NCBI GenBank assembly: GCA_963764625.1 | Contig: CAVXTH010000005.1 | Span: 224,001-288,000, forward strand | DNA length: 64,000 nucleotides | Direction of reading: 5' to 3' | Source of the DNA: Candidatus Krumholzibacteriota bacterium | GTDB taxonomy: Bacteria > Krumholzibacteriota > Krumholzibacteriia > JAJRXK01 | Shown: in pieces, positions 1 through 10,352 of the stretch | How the letters are laid out: each line of letters starts with the position of its first letter | Numbering within the stretch: position 1 is the stretch's first letter | Translations under genes and position numbers: made by a program | Notes under the pieces: generated by a model | What the model saw: the letters and a program-made list of their open reading frames with translations, nothing else | Told to the model about the DNA's origin: nothing | Databases searched by the model: none

Positions 1-115
1 GCACTTCTCTACTGTAACCAGCTGAACTGCGGCAAGAGACGTGCCTTCTGGCGAAGACGGGCGCGGTCGAGACAGCATGAGGAAGTCTGGGGTACAGGCC
101 CACCTGGTGGGAAAT

Positions 116-2017
116 TCAGCGGGACGGGCAGGATGGACCTTTTGTCCGGCGGCCGGACTCGAATCGAGTGACATCTTGAGAATCGAGCCACTCCAAAAGA
201 GGCACGACGAACTTTCGCGAGGCATGCGTCCACCCCTTCACCGTGGCCACATCCAGAACTCCCGCCCCCGAAAAATGGTCCGCCACTTTCTCTACCAGCT
301 CGTCGAGCCGGGCGCGCGCGGCCACGAGCCTTCCCGAGAGGCGTACCACGACACCCTCTTTCAAGAGAAGCGCGAGCTCGGGCGAGCGCGAGAGCCTCTC
401 ATCCGCCTCGTACACGAATGAAGCCGATTCGATCGCATGCCGCAGATCGTCGAGCTTCCTTCGCGTCGCGGCGTCCACCTCCACCGCCCTGGAGTCGGCA
501 TTCACCCGATCCTCCACCACGAAGAGGGGCAAGGTCTTCGACCAGGCGGCAAGAAGCTGGTTGAAAGCCGGGCCTCCCCCGCGAAAGCCAAGGGCGGTAC
601 GGAGCTCTTCCTTGGGCATTCCTCCCCCGAGCGGCCACTTCTTCCGATGGGCCCGCAGGAGCTCCAGGGCGATTTTTCCCTTGTCGTCCGCCACATCGGC
701 CGAGACCAGAAGATCCTGCATCGCTACGAGCTCTCTTTGGGCCAGGGCGCTCTCGAGCGCCGCCAAGGCCTGCTCCCTCGAGAACTGGACCATGGAGAGA
801 TCGAAGAGCAGGTCTTCCTTGGATCGTCCACTGAGACCCGCCTGCCGCACTCGCAAGAACGGCCAACCCTGCGGTCCCGCGGCTTCGAATCGCTTCAGGC
901 GGGTCAGGGCATCCGTTCTCCGCTCTTTGGCCGGCGTGAAGGGATCGATCACCTCGCCGCCGGCGATGGTGAACATCGGCGAATACGATCGGAGCACGAA
1001 GCGATCCCCCGGCGCCGCCACCAGCGGCTGCTCCAAATACAGGCGCGCGAGAGTGGACTCTCCCGCGCCCAACTCGTTCTTCTGGAGCAAGTCGAGGCGT
1101 CCGAGAACCTCGCGCGCCGCATGGTGAACGTGGACGCGCGCGCGCTGTTTGATCGGGGTTCGCAGAGAGGAGACCGCGTCGAGCCGGGCTGCGAGCCTCG
1201 AGCTCGCGCGCCACGTCGAACCACTGACCAGAACGTCGCCCCGGCTCAAGAGTTCCTTCTTCACTCCGTGCAGAGCGAGCGCCACGCGCTCACCCGCGCC
1301 GGCATGTTCCATCGATTCGTCGTGACTCTCGACCTCACGCACGCGCAACTCCCTGTCCGAAGGAAGCAGCCTCAGGCGATCTCCCGGACTCACTTCCCCG
1401 CTCCAGGCCGTTCCCGTCACCACCACCCCGGTGCCGGTCAAGCTGAAGACGCGGTCGACAGGCAGGCGGAAGTCGCCATCGCGGCTTCTTCCACGAGCCC
1501 TCTGGGTGAGTGCGAGCAGGGCCTGGCGCAACTGGGGCAATCCCTCGCCGGTGGTGGATGAGACGGGCAGGATGGGGCTTCCTTCCAGAAAGGTGCCCTG
1601 AACCAGCTCTTCCACTTCCGCCTTCACCAACTCGACCATCTCACTCTCCACCAGATCGATCTTGGTCATGACGACCAGACCGTCGCGCACCCCGAGCAAT
1701 CGCAGGACGTCGAGGTGTTCTACGGTCTGCGGCATGACGCCCTCGTCCGCCGCCACCAGAAGCAGCGCCAAGTCCATGCCGCCGGCTCCGGCCACCATTT
1801 GCCGCACGAATTTCTCGTGTCCCGGTACGTCGACGATGCCCAGTCGAGTGTGTTCGTCGAGGTCGAGATGGGCGAAGCCGAGTTCGATGGAGATCCCGCG
1901 GCGATGTTCTTCGACGAGCCGGTCGGTGTCCTTGCCGGTGAGCGCGCGCACCAGGGCGGTCTTGCCGTGATCGACGTGACCCGCGGTGCCCAGAATGAAT
2001 GTGCGTTGGCTCTGCAT
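116..2017 (-). CDS. selB: Selenocysteine-specific translation elongation factor SelB
   Basis: [12 protein letters not shown]-loop, [21 protein letters not shown] and TKID GTPase motifs; C-terminal winged-helix ending [13 protein letters not shown]...R, typical of bacterial SelB. Confidence 0.96.
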   Translation of the reverse strand: MQSQRTFILGTAGHVDHGKTALVRALTGKDTDRLVEEHRRGISIELGFAHLDLDEHTRLGIVDVPGHEKFVRQMVAGAGGMDLALLLVAADEGVMPQTVEHLDVLRLLGVRDGLVVMTKIDLVESEMVELVKAEVEELVQGTFLEGSPILPVSSTTGEGLPQLRQALLALTQRARGRSRDGDFRLPVDRVFSLTGTGVVVTGTAWSGEVSPGDRLRLLPSDRELRVREVESHDESMEHAGAGERVALALHGVKKELLSRGDVLVSGSTWRASSRLAARLDAVSSLRTPIKQRARVHVHHAAREVLGRLDLLQKNELGAGESTLARLYLEQPLVAAPGDRFVLRSYSPMFTIAGGEVIDPFTPAKERRTDALTRLKRFEAAGPQGWPFLRVRQAGLSGRSKEDLLFDLSMVQFSREQALAALESALAQRELVAMQDLLVSADVADDKGKIALELLRAHRKKWPLGGGMPKEELRTALGFRGGGPAFNQLLAAWSKTLPLFVVEDRVNADSRAVEVDAATRRKLDDLRHAIESASFVYEADERLSRSPELALLLKEGVVVRLSGRLVAARARLDELVEKVADHFSGAGVLDVATVKGWTHASRKFVVPLLEWLDSQDVTRFESGRRTKGPSCPSR

Positions 2018-2052
2018 GTGCCGGTGTCGGTTCCTTGAGACGAGAGCGGAAC

Positions 2053-3324
2053 TCAGGGAGTCGGGGGCCCGGGGATCCGCTCGATCTTCGCTCCGAGCGT
2101 GGCGAGTTTCTGCTCGATTTGCTCGTAGCCGCGGTCGATGTGGTAGATCCGGTCGACCAGGGTCTCGCCGTTCGCGGCGAGACCGGCCAGGATGAGAGCG
2201 GCCGAGGCCCTCAAATCCGTGGCCATGACGGGCGCGCCCGAGAGTTTTGCGACTCCCTTGATCACGGCCGAGTTTCCGTCGAGCCGAATGTCCGCGCCGA
2301 GCCGGCGCAATTCCGCCACGTGGGTGAAGCGATCGGGATAGATGGTATCGGTGATCACGCTGATGCCGTCGAGCCGCGTGGCCACCGCCATGGTCTGCGC
2401 TTGCATGTCGGTGGCAAAGCCGGGGAAGGGTCGCGTGACCACGTTCAAGGGCTTTTCCGCGTTCCGGCCGTCGATCTGGATCGAGTCCGAGGATGTCTCG
2501 AATTCGCAGCCGCAGCTCGAGAGGACTTCGAGGGTGGCGCCGAGATGCTCGGGCCGTACTTTTTCCACCCTCAGTTTCGAACGCAAAATCGCCGCCGCGG
2601 TGAGGAAGGTTCCCGCCTCGATTCGGTCCGGGATGACCCGGACGTTCAGAGGAGCGAGTTCCTTCACCCCCTCGATGCTGAGGCGCGTGGTGTCGATTCC
2701 CTCGATCCTCGCGCCCGAGGCCACCAGCGCCTCGGCCAGCTGTCCCACTTCGGGTTCGCGCGCCGCGTTCTCCAGCACCGTGGTTCCCTCGGCGAGGACC
2801 GCCGCCATGAGCACGTTCGCGGTGGCGCCTACGCTGGAGGTCGGAAAGTCCATCGTGCCCCCCTTCAGGCGGTCATGTGGCCGTTTCGCCACGATGTACC
2901 CGCCTTGAAGCTTCACTCTCGCACCGAGCATTTCCATGCCCTTCAGGTGGAGATCGATGGGCCGCGGGCCCCAGGCGCAGCCGCCGGGCAGGCTTACCCG
3001 GGCCGTGCCCATCGCTGAGAGCAGAGGCCCCAAAACGTAGACGCTCGCCCGCATGGTCTTCACCAGTTCGTAGGGAGCTTCCACCTGGTCGACACCGGTG
3101 GTATCGACGATCAGCGAGTCGTCCTCGCGCCTGACACGAGCCCCCAGGGTTTCGAGCACCCGGCCCATGGTCCGCGTGTCGCGCAAATTGGGGACGTTAT
3201 CGATACGGCTGATTCCGCGGGCGAGCAGCGTGGCGGCCATCAGGGGGAGAACGGCGTTCTTGGCGCCGCTCACTCCCACGCTACCCGAAAGTGTGCAGGG
3301 TCCGTAGATGAGGAAACGATCCAT
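2053..3324 (-). CDS. murA: UDP-N-acetylglucosamine 1-carboxyvinyltransferase
   Basis: SGAKNAVLP, MRASVYVLGPL, LPGGCAWGPRPIDLH (catalytic Cys), DRIEAGT, ATDLRASA, HIDRGYE. Confidence 0.97.
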   Translation of the reverse strand: MDRFLIYGPCTLSGSVGVSGAKNAVLPLMAATLLARGISRIDNVPNLRDTRTMGRVLETLGARVRREDDSLIVDTTGVDQVEAPYELVKTMRASVYVLGPLLSAMGTARVSLPGGCAWGPRPIDLHLKGMEMLGARVKLQGGYIVAKRPHDRLKGGTMDFPTSSVGATANVLMAAVLAEGTTVLENAAREPEVGQLAEALVASGARIEGIDTTRLSIEGVKELAPLNVRVIPDRIEAGTFLTAAAILRSKLRVEKVRPEHLGATLEVLSSCGCEFETSSDSIQIDGRNAEKPLNVVTRPFPGFATDMQAQTMAVATRLDGISVITDTIYPDRFTHVAELRRLGADIRLDGNSAVIKGVAKLSGAPVMATDLRASAALILAGLAANGETLVDRIYHIDRGYEQIEQKLATLGAKIERIPGPPTP

Positions 3325-3327
3325 GAC

Positions 3328-3912
3328 TCACTCCCCGGCGGGGTTGTGGTACTTGTTTTCATCGAGCACCAGAGGCGCGATGGTGAGCGCGTGCTGGATC
3401 TCGCTGGCCAGAGCCTCGATGCGCGGGCGTACGTCTTGGCCAGCACGCGCCTCCGCCTCTGCGTCGCTGAGAATCTCGAGCTGCACTTCCACCATCTTCT
3501 CGACCTGGGGGCCCGAGCGCGCCAACACGCTCAACAACTCACCGCGGGTGCGGCTCAGAAAGGTGTCACGCTGCGCCGGACGATTCCCCCAGCTCTCGCG
3601 CAACGCGTTCAGAGCCGATTCGCGCGCCGCGGTGAGCGGCACGTAGTAGTAGCGCAAGTCGTCGAGGTGGGCGATCGCGTCGTCGAGAAGCTTCTGCGCT
3701 TTCACCTCGTCCTTTTGCGAGGTCGCGAGAGCCTTGGCGCTGGCGATGTCGCTGCGGGCCCGTTCGATGGCCTCGTGCAGCGGCGTGAGATCGGTCTGCT
3801 CCACGATGGGATGCGCCTGCGGATAGACCTCGGTCTTCCGACCGCACGCGGCCAGGCTTCCCAACAGCATGAGCAGAGCGAGCACCCAGATGCTCTTGGT
3901 GACGTTTGCCAT
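3328..3912 (-). CDS. Putative alpha-helical lipoprotein, in frame with trkH and possibly independently translated
   Basis: MANVTKSIWVLALLMLLGSLAA-C type II signal peptide; AAGGGA SD-like sequence upstream of the ATG at 3912. Confidence 0.55.
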   Translation of the reverse strand: MANVTKSIWVLALLMLLGSLAACGRKTEVYPQAHPIVEQTDLTPLHEAIERARSDIASAKALATSQKDEVKAQKLLDDAIAHLDDLRYYYVPLTAARESALNALRESWGNRPAQRDTFLSRTRGELLSVLARSGPQVEKMVEVQLEILSDAEAEARAGQDVRPRIEALASEIQHALTIAPLVLDENKYHNPAGE

Positions 3913-5394
3913 GAAGGACTTTCCCTTCGGTCGACGCGAAACCCCACGGCGACCATAGCGCCAAAGCTCGGGCAGGAAAAGGGCGGCCAGGCCCAAAATC
4001 TCCAGCCGTCCCGCCAGCATGCAGAACACGAGAATCCATGAGCCCAATTGCGGGAGATGCGCGAAGTCGTCGTAGGGACCCAGGTGGCCGAGCCCGGGAC
4101 CCACGTTTCCCAGGGTGGCCGCCACGCCGGTGATGGCGGAGGTGCCATCGACCCCCAGGATGCTCAAGCCGAGAACCGCCACCGTGGCCAGTCCCAAGTA
4201 GGCCAGGAAGTAGAGCTGCACGGCTTCGACCTGTTCGCTGCGAAGGACGCGTTTCCCCAGCCTGAGTGTCTGCACCAAATTGGGATGGAGGATGCGACGC
4301 AACTGTAGGAGCAGGCTCTTCGCCGTGACCTGGTAGCGCACCACCTTGATCGAGCCGCTGGTGCTCGCGCTGCAACCCCCCACGAACATCAATACGATCA
4401 AAAGCACTCGGGGCATGACCGGCCACAGCTCGAAGTCTCGGGTCGCGAAGCCGGTGGTGGTGATGATGCTCACCACTTGAAAGCTGGAGTCACGGAGCGC
4501 GTTCCCCACGCTGAGACCCTGGCGAATCACGAGGCTGCCGGCGCAGAGCAAGGAGGCTAGCACGGTGATCGCGACGAAAAGACGAACCTCCGCGTTCTGC
4601 AGATAGGCGCGCGGCTTTCGTTCGATGAGCGCTCTAAAGTGGGCGTAGAACGAGGTCGCACCGGCCATCATGAAGACCATCAACACGATCTCCGTGTAGA
4701 GATCGTGGAAGGCGCCCACGCTGAGTGTGCGAGTGGAAAAGCCGCCACCGGCGATCGAAGCGAAGGAATGGCAGGTCGCCTCGAAGAGATTCATCGGACC
4801 TAAGACCAAGAGAAGGATCTGCACCACGGTGAGACCAGTGTAGATGGCCAGGTAGGAGCGGATGATGGCGGAGAGTCTCGGGTGCGGCTGGGCATCGAGA
4901 CTCAAAGGGGCCTCGGCGCCGTAGAGCATCCGGCTCCCCACCGTGCGGGGAAGAACCGCCAGGACCATCAAAATGATGCCGATGCCGCCGATCCAGTGGG
5001 TGAGGGAGCGCCAGAAGAGCAGGCTGTGCGGAGTGGCCTCGATGGTGGTGAGTACGGTGCTCCCGGTGGCGGTGAACCCGGAGACGCTCTCGAAAACCGA
5101 AGAAGTGAGCGAGGGCAGAACTCCGCCGAAGTAGTAGGGCAGCGCTCCCAGGAATCCCGCGCCCAGCCACGCCAGCACCACCACCAAGTTCGAGAGCGCG
5201 GGCTCCAGTCGCTGGGGCGCCCGCCCCAGGTAGCGAGCCACCAAGGCCAGACACAGAAAAGCCAGGGCGATCTCCGCGTAGACCGCTGCGAGGCCGTCTT
5301 TATCGACCAGGGAGATGGCCAGACTGGGGAGAAGCCCGGCGCCCAGAAGAAGCGGCACCCCGGCCCACAGGTAAAAGGCGTTGCGAAAATTCAT
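3328..5394 (-). CDS. trkH: TrkH-family K+ uptake membrane protein; ORF reads on in frame into a lipoprotein-like domain
   Basis: Four pore-loop motifs (SGFTATGST, GGGFS, TTTGF, GNVGPG), LLFWRSLTHWIGGIG, GGCSASTSGSIK, MLAGRLE. The ATG at 5394 overlaps the prmC stop (ATGA). TrkH homology ends near 3960. Confidence 0.88.
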   Translation of the reverse strand: MNFRNAFYLWAGVPLLLGAGLLPSLAISLVDKDGLAAVYAEIALAFLCLALVARYLGRAPQRLEPALSNLVVVLAWLGAGFLGALPYYFGGVLPSLTSSVFESVSGFTATGSTVLTTIEATPHSLLFWRSLTHWIGGIGIILMVLAVLPRTVGSRMLYGAEAPLSLDAQPHPRLSAIIRSYLAIYTGLTVVQILLLVLGPMNLFEATCHSFASIAGGGFSTRTLSVGAFHDLYTEIVLMVFMMAGATSFYAHFRALIERKPRAYLQNAEVRLFVAITVLASLLCAGSLVIRQGLSVGNALRDSSFQVVSIITTTGFATRDFELWPVMPRVLLIVLMFVGGCSASTSGSIKVVRYQVTAKSLLLQLRRILHPNLVQTLRLGKRVLRSEQVEAVQLYFLAYLGLATVAVLGLSILGVDGTSAITGVAATLGNVGPGLGHLGPYDDFAHLPQLGSWILVFCMLAGRLEILGLAALFLPELWRYGRRGVSRRPKGKSFMANVTKSIWVLALLMLLGSLAACGRKTEVYPQAHPIVEQTDLTPLHEAIERARSDIASAKALATSQKDEVKAQKLLDDAIAHLDDLRYYYVPLTAARESALNALRESWGNRPAQRDTFLSRTRGELLSVLARSGPQVEKMVEVQLEILSDAEAEARAGQDVRPRIEALASEIQHALTIAPLVLDENKYHNPAGE

Positions 5395-6263
5395 GATTCC
5401 TGACGCCGACGGGCCCAACTCACGCGGGGACGTCCCGCGAGATCGAGGTGGCAGATTACTCCCTCGAAGGGAGCTTGCGCCAGGATGAGTGCAACATCCT
5501 CTTTCTGGTCACAGCCGTGCTCGAAGACGAGCCAGCCACCGGGTCGAAGCGCCGTGGCGGAGGCCTCACACAGGCCCCGGATCGCGGCCAGGCCATCGGG
5601 GCCCGCGAACAGGGCTTCGGGGGGGTCGTAGTCGATCACCTCGGGCTCAAGGCTCTCCCCTTGCGCGACATAGGGCGGGTTGGAGACCACGAGATCGCAG
5701 AAAGGCCAGCGCGGAAGCATGCTCTGGGCGAAAGCGTCGCCTTCCAGGATCTGGAGCCTCTCCTCCACCCCGTGTGCCCTGGCGTTGAGCCGGCACACCT
5801 GCACCGCTTTGGCCGACAGTTCGAAGCCGACAAGTCGGGCGCTGGGCCAGTGCGCAAGGAGGCTGATGCCGATCACGCCGCTTCCCAACCCCACTTCCAC
5901 GATGCTCGATGGAGGGGGAAGGGTCTTGACCAGTTCGATCAGGGACTCGGTCTCGGGTCGGGGGATGAAGACGCCCCTCTCCACCTGGAAGTCCAGATCG
6001 AGAATCCGCACGCTTCCCACCAGAAGTTGGAGCGGCTCTCGATGCGCTCTGCGGCGAATGAACTCTCGATAGCGAGCCAATTCCTCTGCAATCAGGGGCC
6101 GCTCGTGTTCCAGATAGAGATGCAGCCGATCAATTTCGAGGACGTGGGCGAGAAGCAGTTCGGCGTCCAGCCGCGGAGTGGCAACCCCGTGATCAGCGAG
6201 ATACTCGGCCGAAACCTGAATCAGTTCCAGAGGAGTCCAACTGCCGGCTTTGGCTTTCGCCAT
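5391..6263 (-). CDS. prmC: Release factor glutamine methyltransferase PrmC (HemK)
   Basis: REPLQ, VFIPRPETE, SAM-binding VEVGLGSG, SNPPY motif; directly downstream of prfA. Confidence 0.95.
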   Translation of the reverse strand: MAKAKAGSWTPLELIQVSAEYLADHGVATPRLDAELLLAHVLEIDRLHLYLEHERPLIAEELARYREFIRRRAHREPLQLLVGSVRILDLDFQVERGVFIPRPETESLIELVKTLPPPSSIVEVGLGSGVIGISLLAHWPSARLVGFELSAKAVQVCRLNARAHGVEERLQILEGDAFAQSMLPRWPFCDLVVSNPPYVAQGESLEPEVIDYDPPEALFAGPDGLAAIRGLCEASATALRPGGWLVFEHGCDQKEDVALILAQAPFEGVICHLDLAGRPRVSWARRRQES

Positions 6264-6266
6264 CGC

Positions 6267-7337
6267 CTAGTCCCCTTGCTGCTCCAGCAGTTGCTGGCGG
6301 AAATGGAGGAGAAGATAATCGAGCATGGCATCGAGGTCGCCGTCCATGATCTTGCTCAGCTCGTGCGAAGTGTAGTTGACTCGATGGTCGGTGACTCTCT
6401 GTTGCGGGAAGTTGTAGGTTCGGATCTTCGCGCTTCGATCGCCACCCGCCACCGCCGCCTTGCGCTCCTTCGCCTCGGCTTCGTGCTGCTTCGCGCGCTC
6501 CATTTCGTAGAGGCGGGCCTGGAGCACGCGCATGGCCTTGGCCTTGTTCTTGTGCTGGCTCTTCTCGTCCTGACAGGTCACGACCAGACCGGTGGGAATG
6601 TGAGTGATACGTACGGCGCTGTCGGTGGTGTTCACACTCTGCCCGCCGGGACCGCTGCTCCGGTAGACATCCACTTTCAGATCGTTGGCTCCGATCTGCA
6701 CCTCCACCTCTTCCGCCTCCGGAAGCACCACTACGCTGCAGGCCGAGGTGTGAATGCGACCGCTGCTCTCGGTCTCGGGCACGCGCTGCACCCGATGCAC
6801 CCCGTTCTCGTAGCGCAGACGTCCATAGGCGCCATCGCCCTGCAACGAAAAGATGACTTCCTTGGCGGCTCCGGTCCCAGTGGGGGAAAACTCGAGCATT
6901 TCCATTTTCCAACCCTCCCGCTCCGCATAGCGCTGGTACATCCGCGCGATGTTGCCCGCGAACAGCGCGGCCTCCTCGCCGCCCGTGCCAGCGCGGATCT
7001 CCAGAATCGCGTCGCGAGAGTCGTCCGGGTCGCGCGGTAAGAGCAGGAGTTCGAGTGACTCCTCGATCTCCGGAATGCGGGCGTTGAGCTCCTGGAGTTC
7101 CTCTTTGGCCAGCTCGCGCATTTCCGCGTCGCTCTCGTTCTCGAGCAGAGCTCTAGCGCCTTCGATCTCGTCCAGAGTTTCCAGATAGGGCAAACCGAGC
7201 TCCGCGATCTGCCGCAGGTGCTTGTACTCCTGGTTGACTTTCTTGTAGCGCAGGCGATCGCCCACGATCGAGGGATCGGCGAGGAGCTCTTCCACCTCGG
7301 CCAGCCGCGCCAGCCTGGATTCCACGAGTTCACGCAT
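6267..7337 (-). CDS. prfA: Peptide chain release factor 1
   Basis: EIRAGTGGEEA, HRVQRVPETE (PxT, RF1-type), GPGGQSVN, IRTYNFPQ. Confidence 0.97.
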   Translation of the reverse strand: MRELVESRLARLAEVEELLADPSIVGDRLRYKKVNQEYKHLRQIAELGLPYLETLDEIEGARALLENESDAEMRELAKEELQELNARIPEIEESLELLLLPRDPDDSRDAILEIRAGTGGEEAALFAGNIARMYQRYAEREGWKMEMLEFSPTGTGAAKEVIFSLQGDGAYGRLRYENGVHRVQRVPETESSGRIHTSACSVVVLPEAEEVEVQIGANDLKVDVYRSSGPGGQSVNTTDSAVRITHIPTGLVVTCQDEKSQHKNKAKAMRVLQARLYEMERAKQHEAEAKERKAAVAGGDRSAKIRTYNFPQQRVTDHRVNYTSHELSKIMDGDLDAMLDYLLLHFRQQLLEQQGD

Positions 7338-7355
7338 GATGGGGCACCAGCGCGG

Positions 7356-8315
7356 CTAGGAGGGAGATTCGGCCAGTTGGAGCTGGGGCTTCAGGGCGGG
7401 ATCGAGGGCGCTCTCCTGGAGCACCGAGGTCAACGCGGCCATCGCCACTTCCACCTGTTCGTCGGAAGGTTCCTTGGTGGTGATCTTCTGCAGCATGAGG
7501 CCAGGCCAGATGAAAGGCTTGATCCACGCCTGCTCGGCGTACTTTCCACTGAGTTTGATGACCTCGTAGGCGATGCCACCGATGAGGGGAACCAGCGTGA
7601 GCCGTTGAAGTCTCTCGACGATGCTCTCCGGCCTCCCCATGAACAGGAAGACCAGAATGCTCACGAACATCACGAAGAAGAGGAAGCTCGTCCCGCAGCG
7701 CGGATGCAGGGTGGGAAAGCGTCGCGCGTTCTCGGGCTTCAATTCCAGGCCGTGTTCGAAGACGTGGATGGTCTTGTGCTCGGCCCCGTGATACTGAAAC
7801 ACGCGGCGCATGTCTTTCATGCGGGAGATCAAGAGCAGATAGGCCATGAAGATGACCAGCCGCAGCGCCCCGTCGATGAGGTTGAAACCGAAACCGTTCT
7901 TCACCCCGGTGAGCCCGGCCAGAATCAACGGCAAGTAGAAGAAGATCCCCAGTCCGAACACGAATGCGAATGCCATCATGCCCCACATGGTGAAGCGGTC
8001 GCGCACGCGATGCTCTTCCCTTACGACCGCTTCCTCTTCCAGGGCCTGTTCGGCGGAGTACATCAGACTCGAGAAGCCCAGAGCTAGACTCTCTACCAGA
8101 GTAATGGCTCCACGCAAAAGCGGAATGTTCAACAGGCGCCGGCGGTTGACGATTCCCACGTAGGGCCGGCGCTTGACCACGATCTGACCGCTGGGCGTGC
8201 GCACCGCGGTGGCTACCGCGGTGGGGCAACGCATCATGACCCCTTCCAGCACGGCTTGGCCTCCGACGGCCAAGTCGAGAGAACGGGGATCGAACTTGGA
8301 GCTTGATGAAGCCAT
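7356..8315 (-). CDS. DUF1385 family membrane protein (predicted metal-dependent enzyme)
   Basis: GGQAVLEGVMM, FQYHGAEHK, HPRCGTSF, QKITTKEP; typical rpmE-DUF1385-prfA context. Confidence 0.9.
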   Translation of the reverse strand: MASSSSKFDPRSLDLAVGGQAVLEGVMMRCPTAVATAVRTPSGQIVVKRRPYVGIVNRRRLLNIPLLRGAITLVESLALGFSSLMYSAEQALEEEAVVREEHRVRDRFTMWGMMAFAFVFGLGIFFYLPLILAGLTGVKNGFGFNLIDGALRLVIFMAYLLLISRMKDMRRVFQYHGAEHKTIHVFEHGLELKPENARRFPTLHPRCGTSFLFFVMFVSILVFLFMGRPESIVERLQRLTLVPLIGGIAYEVIKLSGKYAEQAWIKPFIWPGLMLQKITTKEPSDEQVEVAMAALTSVLQESALDPALKPQLQLAESPS

Positions 8316-8380
8316 GAGCCCTCGGAGCCGGAACTCGGCTCCGCCGATGAAGGGAGAGAGCGCCGACCGAAGGAAGAGGG

Positions 8381-8590
8381 CTAGGCCTTGCTCTTCTCGT
8401 AGCGGCGCTTGAAGCGTTCCACGCGACCCGCCGTATCGACGATCTTCTGTTGTCCGGTGTAGAACGGGTGGCAGGCCGAACAGATTTCCACGTGAATCTC
8501 CGGGCCGGCCGTGCTGCGTGTTTCCACCTCATTGCCACAGAGGCAGATGATCTTGGTGGGAATATACTTGGGGTGGATTCCGTCTTTCAT
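8381..8590 (-). CDS. rpmE: 50S ribosomal protein L31, Zn-binding (C+) type
   Basis: MKDGIHPKY...CLCG...[13 protein letters not shown]...GRVERF. Confidence 0.97.
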   Translation of the reverse strand: MKDGIHPKYIPTKIICLCGNEVETRSTAGPEIHVEICSACHPFYTGQQKIVDTAGRVERFKRRYEKSKA

Positions 8591-8751
8591 CTTTTCATCC
8601 TCGTTGGGATGCCCTTGGGCATCGCTGCGGGTTGCACCAATCGTCCTTGATCGATGGGACGCAGGCGTACAAGAGTAACATAGGGCTGCGGCCGGCGCAA
8701 ATCTCGCAGCCTAACTCCTTGTCTCCCAAGAACTTGCCCGATCGGGTCGAC

Positions 8752-10215
8752 TCAGGCGTTCATGGAGTCGAGGAACTGCTGGTTGCCTTCGGTCTTGGAG
8801 AGCTTGTCCAGGAGGAACTCCATCGCCTCTTGGGGGCTCCGGTCGTTGAGAAACTTCCTCAGGACCCAAACCTTGTTGAGCTCCTTGGGGTCCACGAGCA
8901 GCTCTTCCTTGCGGGTTCCACTCTTGAAAATGTCGATCGAGGGAAAGATCCGCCGGTCGGAGAGCTTTCGGTCGAGCACCAGCTCCATGTTCCCCGTGCC
9001 CTTGAACTCCTCGAAGATCACCTCGTCCATGCGGCTGCCGGTCTCGATGAGAGCAGTGGCGATGATGGTGAGGCTTCCTCCCTCTTCGATGTTGCGAGCC
9101 GCGCCGAAGAAACGCTTGGGGCGCTGCAGGGCGTTGGCGTCCACGCCGCCCGAGAGGATCTTGCCGCTGTGGGGCACGACCGTGTTGTGGGCGCGCGCGA
9201 GCCGGGTGATGGAGTCGAGAAGGATGACGACGTCATGGCCGTGCTCGACCAGGCGTTTGGCCTTTTTGAGGACCATGGCGGCCACTTGCACGTGACGCTC
9301 GGCCGGCTCATCAAAGGTGGATGAGACCACCTCTCCGTTCACCGTCCGCTGCATGTCAGTGACTTCCTCGGGTCGTTCATCGATCAAAAGAACGATGAGA
9401 AGAGTCTCGGGGTGATTCTGCGCGATGCTGTTGGCCAGTTTCTGCAATAACACGGTCTTGCCGGTGCGCGGAGGCGCCACGATCAGGCCTCGCTGGCCCT
9501 TCCCGATGGGACACAACAGATCGACCACGCGCATGCTCAGATCTTTGCCGCCCGGGACCCACTCCCCCTCCTCGTTCTTGCTCTCGCTCAGGTACAGCCA
9601 TTCGTCCGGGTAGAGCGGAGTCAAGTTGTCGAAGAGCGGCTTTTGCTTGGCCAGCTCCGGATTCTCGAAGTTGACGGCCTCGACTTTCAGAAGGGCGAAA
9701 TAGCGTTCGCTATCCTTCGGCGGACGAACCTGGCCCGAAATGGTATCTCCGGTGCGCAGATCGAATTTCTTGATCTGAGACGGAGACAGGTAGATGTCGT
9801 CCGGTCCGGGCAGATAGTTGTAATCGGGTGAGCGCAGGAAGCCATAGCCTTCCGCCAGGACTTGCAACACTCCTTCGGCGAAGATGAGACCTTTGCGTTC
9901 GACCTGGCCTTCCAGAATTTTGAAGATGAGCTCTTGCTTGCGCAAGTGCGCCATCCCCTCGATTCCGTACTGGTCCGCGAGCTCCATGAGCTCCTGGATC
10001 GTCATCTGTTTCAGCTCGCCGATGTCGAGCTGAGGGATGTCCTGATCCGTCATCTCTTCGGTATCGCCGGTCTCGAGAGTTTCGCTCGCGTCTTCCATCG
10101 TTTCCGACGGGGTATCCGGCCCATTCGCGGCCAGCTTCGAAGCGGAGCTCTTGGTGGTCTTCTTGCGTACGGTTCTTCGTTTCAATGGGTTCAAGGTCAT
10201 GGGGGACGGGATCAT
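8752..10215 (-). CDS. rho: Transcription termination factor Rho (start may be 10200)
   Basis: [62 protein letters not shown]. Confidence 0.97.
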   Translation of the reverse strand: MIPSPMTLNPLKRRTVRKKTTKSSASKLAANGPDTPSETMEDASETLETGDTEEMTDQDIPQLDIGELKQMTIQELMELADQYGIEGMAHLRKQELIFKILEGQVERKGLIFAEGVLQVLAEGYGFLRSPDYNYLPGPDDIYLSPSQIKKFDLRTGDTISGQVRPPKDSERYFALLKVEAVNFENPELAKQKPLFDNLTPLYPDEWLYLSESKNEEGEWVPGGKDLSMRVVDLLCPIGKGQRGLIVAPPRTGKTVLLQKLANSIAQNHPETLLIVLLIDERPEEVTDMQRTVNGEVVSSTFDEPAERHVQVAAMVLKKAKRLVEHGHDVVILLDSITRLARAHNTVVPHSGKILSGGVDANALQRPKRFFGAARNIEEGGSLTIIATALIETGSRMDEVIFEEFKGTGNMELVLDRKLSDRRIFPSIDIFKSGTRKEELLVDPKELNKVWVLRKFLNDRSPQEAMEFLLDKLSKTEGNQQFLDSMNA

Positions 10216-10352
10216 CCCAGGTAGGGAAACCCGCCGGGTTGAACGTTACGGTAGTGTCCAGGGTGGAGAGTCCACCTTGGGTCGAGGAACTGCTGACCCG
10301 GTGACTGAAGTGGTCATAGCATGAGCCATGCCGCTCAGATTTCGGGCCGCGT

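Noticed and set aside
1-115. Possible tRNA-Sec (selC) or short ORF downstream of selB
   Set aside because: No TCA anticodon arm, T-loop or cloverleaf is recognisable; the ATG at 78 (minus strand) opens only 26 codons before the window edge with no recognisable motif
10216-10352. Hairpins in the rho leader as a novel ncRNA
   Set aside because: A C-rich, modestly structured leader fits known Rho autoregulation; there is no further evidence
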